A stretch of DNA of 64,000 nt. Source: Octopus bimaculoides. Its lineage: Eukaryota. How positions within the stretch are numbered: position 1 is the first letter of the stretch; each line of letters opens with the position of its first letter. Location of the stretch: the NCBI RefSeq assembly GCF_001194135.2, contig NC_068982.1, positions 144,655,632-144,719,631 of the forward strand, written 5' to 3'. Under the pieces are notes generated by a model that had not been told where the DNA came from, did no database searches, and saw only the letters and a list, made by a program, of their open reading frames with translations. A program made the translations under genes and the position numbers. This document shows positions 1-11,738 of this stretch, in pieces.

Positions 1-65
1 ATTTGGCTAGAATACTTGCAACAGAGTGAACGCTAATAAATACATGGAAGAGCCAAGTGGTTGTA

Positions 66-285
66 TTAACCCTTTTGATACGAAAACCACCACTGTTTTA
101 ATAGTACAATTCCATTTTAAAGTGATCTAAATTAAAACCTTCTTTCAAAATTCCATGTTAGATTATGTTCCAAACACCAGCTTAATAATGACAAAGAGAT
201 AGTCTACTAAATTCTTCATTATTTTCAAAATTAATCAAAGCAAAAGCAGTGTATTTCAACAGAAATATGGTAATAAGAGGGTTAA
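66..285. mobile_element. piggyBac-type MITE
   Basis: TTAA|CCCTTTTGATAC ... GTAATAAGAGGG|TTAA: TTAA target duplication and CCCT/AGGG termini. Confidence 0.65.
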
Positions 286-765
286 ACCTGGTGGTAGATT
301 AAGTCAAAAACAGGAAGAAATTCTCTGACAGACTTCCACACAATGTTGAGCAAAGTCTACATAAATGGCTTTCATTAACTAGAGGCTAAGGTAGAAGATG
401 CTTCAAAGTGCCTTAGAGTAGGATTGAATCCAAAAGTATGTAGCTGAAAGCAGACTTCTTAATCACATAACCATGCCTGTATCTATAGTTAGATTATATA
501 CATCTTGTTCTTTTCCAATTACTTAAGATTCTTTGCATTCATGGCTCGAAATCATTCAGACAATGTCATAACCTAAATTTCTCCTTTAAATATTTAAAAA
601 GAAATTTTAAATGCTTCATACAATCAGTTGACCCTTTTCATGGTGATAATATCTTGTTTCCAGCAAAGTTAGAAATTCATGAAAATTGTTTCCTCCCTTA
701 ACTGTAACTCTCTTAACCATTACTCAATCCAACCCCAACAGAATGTAATTAATTTCATGACCCAC

Positions 766-930
766 CTTTGGATGCTGTGTGTTGAGTTAACATGAGAAAT
801 TGTTGGGTCTTCTGTATAGTTGAATTTGTCAGTTTGCTTCATAATACTACCATCAATAATGACTATTAGACTGCCTTGAACTGGATAATCAACTGATGGT
901 GTTTTGGCAATGATTTCAGTATCTGTTCGT
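766..930 (-). CDS. Receptor coding exon 8: IPT2 C-half and start of IPT3 (RTDTEIIAKTP...FNYTEDPTISHVNSTHSIQ)
   Basis: FxYxEDPTI motif shared by plexins and MET. Acceptor ttgctttcAG, donor AG|GTGGGT, 165 nt, phase 2/2. I could not find the next exon within bases 1-765. Confidence 0.9.
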
Positions 931-1187
931 CTGAAAGCAAATGAAAATACACAATTATATGAACTTGCTTTAAACTCATTCCAGGTAGTATTTTTCTGCT
1001 AAATTAGAAGTAAATGCACAGGTTACAATCATGAAACCAAAGTTTTGTTTGTTGTCAAATACAGACTCGGCGTCTTTAGCTTCACATTCAAAGTTACAAA
1101 AAGAAAATATATCATTCTATGAACACATGTAACATGTACAGCATTTTTGATGTCCACAAGTTGGTTTAAGTTGTGTGCATGTGTCTA

Positions 1188-1365
1188 CATGTGTTTTGTG
1201 TGTGTATATGAGTTTGCCTACTACACTGTTTGTACTTGTATCTTATATTTAGTTTTTTATTTATTCGTTTATTTACTTATATAAAAAACAAATAAAATAA
1301 CTAAATAGAAGACATGGGTACAAATAATGTAGCAAGCAAACAAACACACACACACACAAATACAA
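1188..1365. repeat. Imperfect foldback, about 85-bp arms
   Basis: 1188-1270 is roughly reverse-complementary to 1282-1365 (tttgtgtgtgt..ctaca..tttgtac..tatttagtt). Confidence 0.5.
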
Positions 1366-1442
1366 ATGTGTGATGAAAGAGCTTTGACTAAGAAACAAAA
1401 ATAATAATAAAGCTGAAGCAATGACCAAACATATCGTGTGTG

Positions 1443-1670
1443 TTATTTACATTTAATGGATATTTGTCCTCATCTTGCTTGTTGTTAACGTTTCGGCTGA
1501 TATACCCTCCAGCCTTCATCAGATTTCTTAGGGAAATTTAGAACCTGGATTCTCATTCCTAAGGTGTTTTTCAATATTATTATTATTATTATTCAATTCA
1601 CTGCCTGGAATTGAACTTGGAATCTTGGGGTTAGTAGCCCGTGCTCTTAACCACTATGCCATATGCCTGT
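1443..1670 (-). mobile_element. SINE family A copy 1: tRNA-like head, (AAT)n, hammerhead-containing tail
   Basis: Head TGGCATAGTGGTTAAGAGC (A box) ... AAGTTCAATTCC (B box). Tail CTGATGAAGGCTG-GAGGGTATAT-CAGCCGAAACGTT. Homologous to 40831-41106. Confidence 0.8.
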
Positions 1671-1705
1671 GTTTTTTTTTTTTTTTTTTTTTTAAGAGAT
1701 GAGAA

Positions 1706-1806
1706 ATTATTTACATTATTTACATTTGATGGATATGTGTCTTCATCTTGTTTGTTGTTAACACAACGTTTCAGCTGATATACCCTCCAGCCTTCTTCAG
1801 GTGTCT
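1706..1806 (-). mobile_element. SINE family A copy 2 (tail only), with the best-preserved hammerhead motif (1760-1805)
   Basis: GACAC CTGAAGA A GGCTG GAGGGTATAT CAGCT GAAAC GT T GTGTT on the minus strand. Confidence 0.75.
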
Positions 1807-2320
1807 TTAGAGTTGAACACATCACAGCAAGACAATGAGAATAACTTCATGTAGTTGTTTGACATGCTAAATGTCTTCCCTTAAATTTAACCCTACTTTC
1901 TGGTGGCAGGTAGTATTGTATTTACTTAATGGAATAACAATCCTACTAGAAATTCTGGGCTCAGCTGGTTCCAGTTGACAGCATCCAGTCCTAGGCCCCT
2001 GCCCTTATGTCCAGGGTTATAGAATGGGCCACTGGGAGCAGGAAGGTGAATGTGGCAACAGTGACTGATGAGAGACTAACAATTTAGTAATGCTATCAAA
2101 CATTGCGAGTCACATGGCAGTGTAACTGAATTTTATTACTGATAGAGGGATTAAAAGATTAAAGGGAGGGATTACCTCATGGGAGAGTGGCATCACCTGA
2201 TTTGCCAACTTCAATGCCCTCAAATCTTACAAAAAAAAAACAACAAAACAAAACAAAACAAAAAACAAACAAACAAAAGAATGCATATAAATGTCAAATA
2301 GAATTGATTCTAATACTTAC

Positions 2321-2457
2321 TTTACAATTGTGAAATTTCTTGACTTTATCATAACAGTTGCTGAAGAACCAATATTTAGCTTGGTTCCAGTGATAGTACA
2401 TCTTGTGCCACCAGATTTGGGTCCAAATTTTGGAGTAAAATTATAGATTTCTGGCTT
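2321..2457 (-). CDS. Receptor coding exon 7: IPT2 N-half (KPEIYNFTPKFGPKSGGTRCTITGTKLNIGS...)
   Basis: PxxGPxSGGTxxTITGxxLNIGS signature. Acceptor aaatacAG, donor GTAAGT, 137 nt, phase 0/2. Confidence 0.92.
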
Positions 2458-2809
2458 CTGTATTTTATGAAAAAGATGATAAAAATGAAAACAATGTGAC
2501 TAAAAGCTCGAATAGTGAAATATAAATGATTTCTTTTGAGTAGGAACAAAAGGAGGTAGAATTTACACTACCCCATAGTCCTTGGGTAACTTTAGGAAAG
2601 TCTATTCCATGGCATTTAGATATCAAAAACTGGTTGTCAAATCATCTGGGATCATTAACTTGAGATGATCTAGCATCTTACTCTGCAGAAAATGGTATCT
2701 CTTGTCTACGTCATGAAATCAAGACTAAGAACCAACATCATACTGATGTCAACTTTGACTTTTATGCTTCTATCAAGTACTAGGGTCAACATAAGTGACC
2801 AATCTTAAG

Positions 2810-3270
2810 GCTGTGAGCTGGCAGAATCGTTAGCACAGCAGGCAAAATGCTCAGTGAAGTTTTGTCTGTCTTTATATCCTAAGTTCAAATTCCGCTTGAG
2901 GTTGACTTTATCCTTCATTCTTTTGGGTTGATAAAATAAGTACCAGTTGAGCATTGGTGTCAATGTAATTAACCTACCCCTCCCCTGAAATCACTAGCTT
3001 TGTGCCAAAATTTGAAACCAATATCACTGACTAACCTTTCCCCACAAATTTCAAGCCTTTGTAAGAAACTGTTATTAAGAGCAGTGGATTGACATAATCA
3101 CAAGAGTATCAGTGAAAAGTGCCTTGTGGTATCTGCTTTGACTTTTTATCTTCTCAGTGCAGCTTCTACTAAAACCATCTTTGCTTTCATTCTTTCAGGT
3201 TTCATAAAGTAAAAGTCAAGTCCTGGGGTTGATTTAACTGAATAAGCCTTACCCAAAAATTTCTGGCAAT
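2810..3270 (+). mobile_element. Two degenerate SINE family C copies
   Basis: Head gagctggcagaatcgttagcac..gttcaaattccg and body gataaaataagtaccagtt, matching the 35.7-37.6 kb copies in opposite orientation. Confidence 0.6.
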
Positions 3271-3829
3271 AATGTTTGTAAACGAAACTATTGAAGAAGC
3301 TTCTATGTAGCTGCTTAATCTGCAAGAAATTGCTTCCAAATCTCCCTCAAACTGCACACTACTGTCTTAGGACACATAAGGTAGTACACAAAATCATGGG
3401 GTGGCTATGGCTGGAACATCTTGACTGTAGGTCTGTTTGATCAGATTCAACAGAGTCAAAACAGTAGCATATCCATTAACCCTCCATAGCAGTAGGTTGT
3501 GAAAGTACTGAAGAAGACATGGTAACCAATGAATAAGACTGTACATCATATGACTAGTTAGAAATCACAATTAAATCTGTCTCAAATTGTACCTCACCAT
3601 CTTAAAAACTGAGAAGTTACTCAGAATATTACTATTCTAAAATGAGGGATACTCAACCAAGATCCATTTACAAGAGTTAGTTTAAGCTGGACGGGAGAAA
3701 CAATTATTAAAGAAAACTTGTTTTTTATTAATCTTTCCTAAACTTTATTTAACTGACCTGTTCCCAAACCCATTCTTTCATTTCATCACAGTGGCATTGT
3801 GACAATTTTAATTGGTTTAATCACGATGA

Positions 3830-4130
3830 TGATCATCATCAGCATCACCATCATTTAATGTCCATGCTAGCACGGGATGGATGGTTTGACTGAGGCTCAT
3901 AAGCTGAGGGGGCTATATCAGATTCCAGTCTGATTTGGCATGGATGCCCTTCCTAATGCCAACCACTCTGAGAGTATAATGGGTGCTTTTATGTACCAGT
4001 TACGTGACACTGGCATTGACCGCATTGCCTCCATGAGGCCCAACATTCATATGGTGTTTTTTATGTGCCACTGGCATAGGTGCCAGTTATGTGACACCTG
4101 CATCAGTCATATTACCTCTGTGATGATGAT
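3830..4130 (-). mobile_element. RTE-LINE 3'UTR/tail-derived repeat
   Basis: (CAT)n tail plus ggatgcccttcctaatgccaaccactc motif shared with more than 10 copies in the window. Confidence 0.7.
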
Positions 4131-4349
4131 CATTATCATCATTATTATTCTTATCATCTTATATTCTTATCACTATCATTCTTTTCATCTTACCAGCAAC
4201 TTTGATTTCCAGAATTTTAGTGTCAATCAGAAATGATTACTCTTCATTTAATGAGGATATTCAGAACAAGAATTATACATTGATACTGAGGATAAATTCC
4301 AAAAGGAGAAAAATCAAGGAATATGTCTCTATATTATGGGTATACTTAC

Positions 4350-4482
4350 ATAGAAATAGAAAAATTCGTCACTGCTGTTTTGTCCACTGATATTTGGTTG
4401 ATTTGACACTTTACTGACTGCCTTTGCTGTTACGTGAATACTGCTTACATTATCTTTCTGTTTCTGAGTCAGGCATTTAATC
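4350..4482 (-). CDS. Receptor coding exon 6: IPT1 C-half (IKCLTQKQ...EFFYFY)
   Basis: Acceptor aatttcAG, donor GTAAGT, 133 nt, phase 2/0. IxCxT and FxY IPT motifs. Lies inside ORF 4329-4544. Confidence 0.85.
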
Positions 4483-4757
4483 CTGAAATTATATATAACA
4501 AAAGAAAAAGTAAAGCCATTCAAGTGAAAGATATTAAAACACATGAGTTGTCATTGTTTAACTTTGAGTTAACTCTGACCAACAGGTATATGAACACAGA
4601 CATTCTAGACCAGTGGTTTTCAAAGTGGGCGGTACTGCCTCCAATGGAGCACTGGGCATATTGAAGTGGGTATTAGGCTTTAGGGATTGGTGGGGTAACA
4701 TAATTAACATGCTAAATTTTATCTATAGTAGTAATTATTATTAAATTATTAAATTAT

Positions 4758-5233
4758 AAAGTGCGATATTCGAGCAATTTTGCTATTCAACTTCAAAAAA
4801 GGACATAAAACAGCTGAAACAATTGCAATATCAATTAAACATTTGGTGAGGAAATGACCAGTGAGTGGTCAGCTCGAAAATAGTTTAAACGATTTTGCAG
4901 TGGAGACCTGAGCCTTCAAGATGGTGAGCGTAGTGGACACTCATCTGTCATTGATGATAATTAATTAAAGACTGTCATTGAAAAAGATCCATGCAAAACC
5001 ACTCGAGAACTGGCAAAAGAACTTCAAGTTGGCCAGCAACCATTTGCATGCGATCGGGAAATTAAAAAAAAAAACTCGACAAATGGGTACCACATGATTT
5101 AAATTAAAATCAAAAAATGTGCAAATATGAAATTTGCTTGTTGCTTCTTTTCTGTAACCAGACCGATCCATTTCTTGACTGTATTGTAACTTGCGATGAA
5201 AAGAGGATTCTGTACAATAATAAAAGACGTTCT
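4758..5233 (+). pseudogene. Mariner (Tc1/mariner) transposase relic
   Basis: Frameshifted translation: DIRAILLFNFKKGHKTAE..FKRFCSGDLSLQDGERSG..TTRELAKEL..KLDKWVPHDL (5084-5101)..FLDCIVTCDEK (about 5170-5203). WVPHxL and the first catalytic D are mariner hallmarks. Confidence 0.88.
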
Positions 5234-5484
5234 TTCAGCCTATGTGCCTACCTATATTTCTATCTATCTATCTCCATTGTCATGGAAGCTCTCTCAAAAA
5301 AACAAAAGCAATGTTCTCTTCTTCTAAACAAAACCCCCACAAAACATCAGTTTTGTATAAATGAACAAGCTGTTTGTACATTTACAAAATTTTATTTGAC
5401 AAGTTTGAGAAACGAACGGAAGTGTGAATGATAATGAAAAAAATACAAAGATTTTTTCCAAAATTCTGACGACTTTTTCTCTCA

Positions 5485-5517
<33 letters not shown>

Positions 5518-6112
5518 TACATAAAAGAAGAAAAGCAGCTGCAAATATACCATTTGCACTAACCTGTAATCCTCATACTTGCAACTTCTGTGGGCTCCTT
5601 TGCAAATTGTTGGCAGAACTCAAATTTCACATTTGACATAAACATTATGACTGACAAAGGAAGTGTAGGTTGTCAGATCCTCATACATCAAAACTGATGG
5701 GAGAGTCCATCATATGTATGTGTGTGTGTGTGTGTGTATGGATGGATGTGTGCATGCATGGGTGTGAATATGTGCTACTGTCTCCCTGCCTTGACATTGT
5801 GTGATGGTTGCACATGAGTGTCATTGTCATACAGTGTTCTTAATTACGAAATTTTCTGTGGAAACATGTCAGGTCATGGTGAAATATTACCTTATCTGGA
5901 AATAGGTGAAGGTTTGTGACAGGAAGGACATCTATGTTTAGACAATCTGCCTTAACAAATTCTGTCTAACTCATGCAAGCATTGAAAAGTGAACACTAAA
6001 ACAATGATGAGATCGAAATCCTGCAAGTTTTTTTTTAAGTTGCAGGTCTTTACAATTTCTACTAATCTAATAACAACAATAACAAATAAAGAGGAAAATC
6101 ATATAAGCTTAC

Positions 6113-6258
6113 ATTGTCTCATTATATTCTAGTACAAGACATTCTTTGTCTTTGATATGGACCTGAATGATAGCATTTTCGTCATTTATATTGGTGAAAT
6201 AATCACCTTTGATGGTCAAGACTGTTCTGCCCTCAAATGGACCGGATTTTGGATAAAT
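6113..6258 (-). CDS. Receptor coding exon 5: IPT/TIG1 N-half (IYPKSGPFEGRTVLTIKG...KECLVLEYNETM)
   Basis: SGPxEGxTxLTIxG IPT signature. Acceptor ttttttctTAG, donor GTAAGC, 146 nt, phase 0/2. Too short for the ORF track; read by hand. Confidence 0.9.
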
Positions 6259-6497
6259 CTAAGAAAAAATGAAAACAAAAAAATTTCTTTTAAAATAAGT
6301 TCTTATCTTATGCAAGTATTAATTGTATAGCTCTAAACATTTAGATATTTGTATCTAATCTTTAGGGTAGATGCCATTATTTAGAGCGACAGACATAAGT
6401 AGAGTAACTCAGTAGAATTAGGCAGTGTATTCCAGCTCAGGGTGCTAATACCCACACAGAGTGGTAAAATACATTTTAGAGGGTACTGGAAATTAAA

Positions 6498-6637
6498 TTA
6501 ACCCTTTAGCATGTAGATTGACCATATCTGGCCTATGTTTTCTATCTCTTTTAAGTTCAAACCTACTAGATCCAGCATCTCACATCTACCCTGATTTCTT
6601 CAAAATCTCTTAGATACAAGATAACACATGATTAATT
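6498..6637. mobile_element. piggyBac-type MITE, truncated where the CR1 fragment begins
   Basis: TTAACCCTTTAGCAT start, homologous to 26384 and 57050; the other end is missing. Confidence 0.55.
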
Positions 6638-6639
6638 TT

Positions 6640-7056
6640 TTTCAGTTTCGTTTTCCTGTCACTATTTGTGTTTTCATTGAGGTGGCTCCATTGGCCACTA
6701 CTGAAAGTCATGTAACCACTCTCCAAGTTTTTCAGCTTTGCCGAGATCACACAGTTTGTGGTATATCATATCATGATCCACTTTGTCAAAAGCTTTTGCA
6801 AAATCAAGGTATATTACATCCACATTTGAGTTGTTGAGTAACTGCCTCATCACCCAGTCATTATGTTGTAAGAGCTGGGTCAGACAGCTCCTACCTGGTC
6901 GAAAACCATGCTGGGTATCACTCAGCAAGTTATTTTCTTCAAGGAATGCGATTAGTTTCCCTCTGACTATCCATTCCATGACTTTGCTGATGCGTGAAGT
7001 CAGAGAAGTAGGCCTATAGTTTTTGGTATCTGTTCTGCTTCCCCCTTTATGGATTT
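6640..7056 (-). mobile_element. CR1-clade LINE reverse transcriptase fragment
   Basis: KGGSRTDTKNYRPTSLTSRISKVMEWIV..LLSDTQHGFRPGRSCLTQLL..VDVIYLDFAKAFDKVDH. Confidence 0.9.
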
Positions 7057-7710
7057 GGCAAGAAAGTAGAAAGCAAAGGACTACTGATGAGGTTACAGAC
7101 GTGTGACAAAAGAACTCTGGCCGAAATACAATTTATATAAAATAAAGCTGAAGCAAGTGAACACCAAATATATAGCGCATATGTTTTCATTGGTTAAACT
7201 GGCAACATGACCATCCCCAAATACAACTATATCTGTTTCAACACATGAGTTCATATCAAGAATCTTGCAAAACGAATATATAAACAATTAATATTTAATT
7301 TTGAATAAAATAGTAATTTTCCCCTTTAAGAAAAAAAAAAAAATATCAAGTACCCGTGATTCAAAAATATCTCATAAAAATATAGCGAGAATTTTTATCA
7401 AGTCTATGGCACTCACAAAGAAAAAAGAAAGTAAAAAGTAAAAAAAAGGACATGAATATGCATGACATCTCTACAATTACCCGACCAAGAACTAACTGGA
7501 TAAATCTATGGAATCCTGCATGTGCAATGTTATCGGCAGCCACAGACGTTTCAGACACTATCCTGCATTTAACCTGCATGTTACTCAAACTTTTGTACGT
7601 AGACTTGAACTTTCTTCACATGCACTGCCTTCCCTCACCTGATCAATTAATAAAAAGTTAAAATATGATATATGTATATAAAGAAAGAAAAAAAAAAAGA
7701 TGATTCTTAC

Positions 7711-7878
7711 AGATGTTATAACAGGTTTACAGAAATCTGGATACCATGCACTTTCCTTGCATGCAGAGTGTGTTGTGCACTTATTCTTACACCAGCCACA
7801 TTTTGTAACATCGTTTGCTGTTACACAGGTTCGACAACTTGAATAAACATTACAGGAGACAAGTGGAAATCGAGTCAC
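7711..7878 (-). CDS. Receptor coding exon 4: PSI domain (VTRFPLVSCNVYSSCRTC...CGWCKNKC...C...FCKPVITS)
   Basis: Eight Cys in PSI spacing with CGWC. Acceptor atttcAG, donor GTAAGA, 168 nt, phase 0/0. Confidence 0.92.
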
Positions 7879-8534
7879 CTGAAATATAATTATCAAAATG
7901 AGAAGTAGTCATTTTCAAACATAAATAAATGAATAAATATTCAATATCCTTAATTAGCAGTCCAACAACTGGATATCCATAAAATAAGTAACACACTAAA
8001 ATAAGTTCTGAGATTGAAATGATCACTTAAGCCTTTGAAGGGGAGTCTCAGCATAGCCGTGGCTCAATGACTGAAACCATTAAAAGTATAAAGTAGAATA
8101 TATATGTGTATGTGTGTGTGTGTGTGCTGTACAATCCAGTAAAGGAATGAAAGAATGTGTATATGATTAAGTATACTGTTCACCCTATGCATCATTTTAA
8201 AGAAGAAAATGACACATTAGATGAAGTAGTCTTACTTACACCCTAAAGAAATGGTACAGGCAGAGATAGAATACCTTTGATCAAAGGTTCATTCAATCAC
8301 AACTGACCTTGGGGTAATAATCAACACAACCAATAGCAGTAACATTGGCATGTAGTTAAAAAGATCATCTCACAAATATGTAGTTTCACTTTTGATTCTA
8401 CTGTGTTTCAAATCATTTCTACTTGATACACAACACAGATTTCAAGCAATGTTTTTTGACTGGTTGTAACTGCCATACGTTTACTAAACTAGTTCTTATT
8501 GTGAAGGAGCAGGGTTACCACCACCATTGCTGTC

Positions 8535-8672
8535 ATCATTTAATGTCCACTTTCCATGCTGGCATGAGTTAGATGGTTTGACTAAAACTGATAAGCTGAA
8601 GAGCTGCACCAGGTTCCAGTCTGATTATTTGGCATGGTTTCTACAGCTAGGTGCCCTTCCCAATGCCAACCA
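8535..8672 (-). mobile_element. RTE-tail-derived repeat (3' end only)
   Basis: catcatttaatgtccactttccatgctggcatg...gcccttcccaatgccaacc. Confidence 0.65.
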
Positions 8673-9039
8673 ATGATGATGATGATGGTCATGTAATACT
8701 GCTGACTGTTTTAATATTTGAAACCTTTTGGTTTAGCAAAGCCTACAGTTTTGTGACATAAGTATGAAATGGTTTTATTGGTGATTTTTGGAGGGGCTCC
8801 AGTTTTTGGTACTTAAGTTTTGCTTGGAAATCTACTGATCTTCCAACTAATTTGTCTGGAAACTTAAAAAACAAGAATTGGTGTGCCTTCTGGTTTGAAA
8901 GGGTAGGTTCTCTTAAACCAAAACACTCCAGGACTGGCTACAATTTTTTTGACAACAATGCCCATGCTGACAAATATGAACAGACTTAGCTAGTGTGTAG
9001 TGGACACAGCTTTGGCCATTCATCAAATATTATCTGATG

Positions 9040-9405
9040 AGCGTGGCCGTTGATCGTTACCAACGTTGCCTCCCTGGCACTTGTGCCAGTGGCACATGAA
9101 AAGACATTCGAACGAGATCGTTGCCAGTGCTGATGGACTGGCTCCTGTGCAGGTGGCACGTAAAACACACCATTTCGAGCATGGCTGTCGACAGTTCCGC
9201 CTGACTGTCCCTTGTGCCGGTGGCACGTAAAACACCCACTACACTCTCGGAGTGGTTGGCGTTAGGAAGGGCATCCAGCTGTAGAAACTCTGCCAAATCA
9301 GATTGGAGCCTGGTGTCGCCTCCTGGTTCACCAGTCCTCAGTCAAATCGTCCAACCCATGCTAGCATGGAAAGTGGACGTTAAGCGATGATGATGATGAT
9401 GATGA
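9040..9405 (+). mobile_element. RTE-LINE 3'UTR with about 60-bp subrepeats and a (GAT)n tail
   Basis: Three GTGCCNNTGGCAC-type units, then ggttggcgttaggaagggcatccagc...cgttaagcGATGATGAT. Confidence 0.8.
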
Positions 9406-9690
9406 TTGTGCATGTATCTTATGTGCATGAAACTCCAAATAGCAATTGAGTGAATCCTCAGCAGGATTTGAACACAGAAATGTGAGGCTACAAACTTGAT
9501 ATAACACATCTTGATTAATGCTGTGTTATTTGCATTGACACAATCCCTTTGATATTTGTCGTCTCTAGACCAATAAATATTGCGACTTTTATCGGATGAT
9601 TTGCTGAAAATGTGTGACATTCACAAAGACTGAATTAATAGGTAGGTAATTAGAATATGAGTTAACTAAGTGTGACAATATGAAAATTAC

Positions 9691-9822
9691 CTTAGAACCA
9701 CTTAGCATATAAGCTGTTTTGTTCCCTATTAATTCAAGGTCCCTTTCAATTGGATGACCACTTCCTTCACTTACATCATAATCCATTACAATGTGAAACT
9801 TATTTTCTATAGTAGTTTTTCT
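9691..9822 (-). CDS. Receptor coding exon 3 (last Sema blade): RKTTIENKFHIVMDYDVSEGSGHPIERDLELIGNKTAYMLSGSK
   Basis: Acceptor ttccctttcAG, donor AAG|GTAATT, 132 nt, phase 0/0. Fills the expected gap between GHLLKI and VTRFP. Confidence 0.85.
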
Positions 9823-11738
9823 CTGAAAGGGAAAAAAATTGCTTAAGTTTTGACAATTACTTCAGATAGTCAATGAACAGATGAATAGGTAGATAAAGGA
9901 CTTCAGAAAAAGATTTGATTCTTGATTGATTTACATTTCACTTTTACTATCCTTCAAGTGAAGTTCTTATGTGATCACTCTAACTGCTAGAAATAGCAGT
10001 AAAAAAGCCCTGTAAAAGAACTCAGAAGGCTTTTCACAACACCCTTAAAGCCAGGGTTTCAATAAGATCTGTTAGCAATTCAAAATACTTGTAGCTTTGT
10101 AACTATACATGATAGAACTAAATTGAACTCTCACTTTATAGACACCCTGCATATGTGTTTGTGTGCGTGTGTGTGCGTGTGTGTGTGTGTGTTTGTTCTC
10201 CACCACTGCTTGACAACCATTGCTGGTTTGCTTATGTTCCTATAACACAGCAGTTCTACAAAAAGCGACCAATAAAATAAGCACCAAGCTTTAAAAAAAA
10301 GTACTGGGGTCAATTCATCCAACTAAAAATTCTTCAAGGCTGTGCCCCAGCGTGGCCACAGTCTAATGACTGAAACAAGCATAAGATAAAAGGTAACTGA
10401 ATGATAAAAACATTTTCTTTTCTTGATTTAAAAAAAAGTAAGAATTATCATTGTCATCTTCCTTTTTTATGTCTGCCTTTCTTACATAAGCATGCATTGG
10501 ATGAGACTTGAAATGAGGTACTATTCTACCACCAGATGTCCTTCCTATCACTGACTTGTTTCCAGGTTAGGTACTTAGTCCTGTGGAATTTCAAACAAAC
10601 TGCACAGAAGCTGGGCATGGTTTTATGGCAAACACAGACATTGACACCACCNNNNNNNNNNNNNNNNNNNNNNNNNNNNNNNNNNNNNNNNNNNNNNNNN
10701 NNNNNNNNNNNNNNNNNNNNNNNNNNNNNNNNNNNNNNNNNNNNNNNNNNNNNNNNNNNNNNNNNNNNNNNNNNNNNNNNNNNNNNNNNNNNNNNNNNNN
10801 NNNNNNNNNNNNNNNNNNNNNNNNNNNNNNNNNNNNNNNNNNNNNNNNNNNNNNNNNNNNNNNNNNNNNNNNNNNNNNNNNNNNNNNNNNNNNNNNNNNN
10901 NNNNNNNNNNNNNNNNNNNNNNNNNNNNNNNNNNNNNNNNNNNNNNNNNNNNNNNNNNNNCAGAATTTGAACTCAGAATGTAAACAGTTGAAATGCCACC
11001 AGCAGACATTAGAAACATACTTTGAGCCATGTTAATCAGCATGTTCATCTTTTGTGACTCAGATTGCATCTTACAATGTTTAATGATATTTACCTAAAAA
11101 AATCGTAACAGTTAACTCTTAATTTTTACGAGTAGTTTCTTTTGAGACTAAGTTTGCTGTGACAGTTCTCCAAATTTACACTGAAATAAACTAAGAGGCA
11201 GTTTTGATTAAAGTATATCTAGAAATCAAAGGAAATGACCACTATTCCCTTCAAACTTTGCTTTTGTGATCTGGACATCAATGTTTTGAAACTCACCTAT
11301 TTTCCATTACATTTCAGGCAGATTCAGTACTGAGTTGCTGAAGCAGCATTTTCTAGAACCTAGAAGTTTCTAAAAGCTTCAAGAATTTCTAGAAAGTTCT
11401 GGCAACATAGATGGCAGTATGAATACAGAAATCGTATGCTCAACAGATCAGTTTATGTCTAGCTGTCCAAAAAGGGAGATAATCGATTACCCCTCTTTCT
11501 ATCATTCTATTTTACTCACAGAAAGCAATTTAAATATACTCTATTTGGTGTTAAACTAGATCAAGTCTTGTTCTGACTAGATTTCCATGTGTATAGCGTA
11601 TGCCAACAGTTCCCTTATAAATGAAAATAGGTAAAGGAAGTGCAATCACCACATGCTGCAAACATCAATCTGAAAATGTGCTTGATCACCAAGAACCACT
11701 GGAGAGAAGAAAGGAAAGGAAAAAGAAACAAAACTTAC

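Noticed and set aside
670-720. Next receptor exon (minus-strand VTVKGGNNF resembles IPT ITVxGxN)
   Set aside because: There is an in-frame stop just upstream, no usable AG acceptor in the right phase, and the expected SGG is missing.
2064-2100. CTGATGAGAG-ACTAA/TTAGT hairpin as a hammerhead
   Set aside because: GAAA and stems I/III are not recognisable.
10363-10600. Extra receptor exon (ORF 10363-10551; ccacAG acceptor at about 10581)
   Set aside because: All frames from that acceptor hit stops quickly, there is no Sema similarity, and exons 2 and 3 already join in frame.
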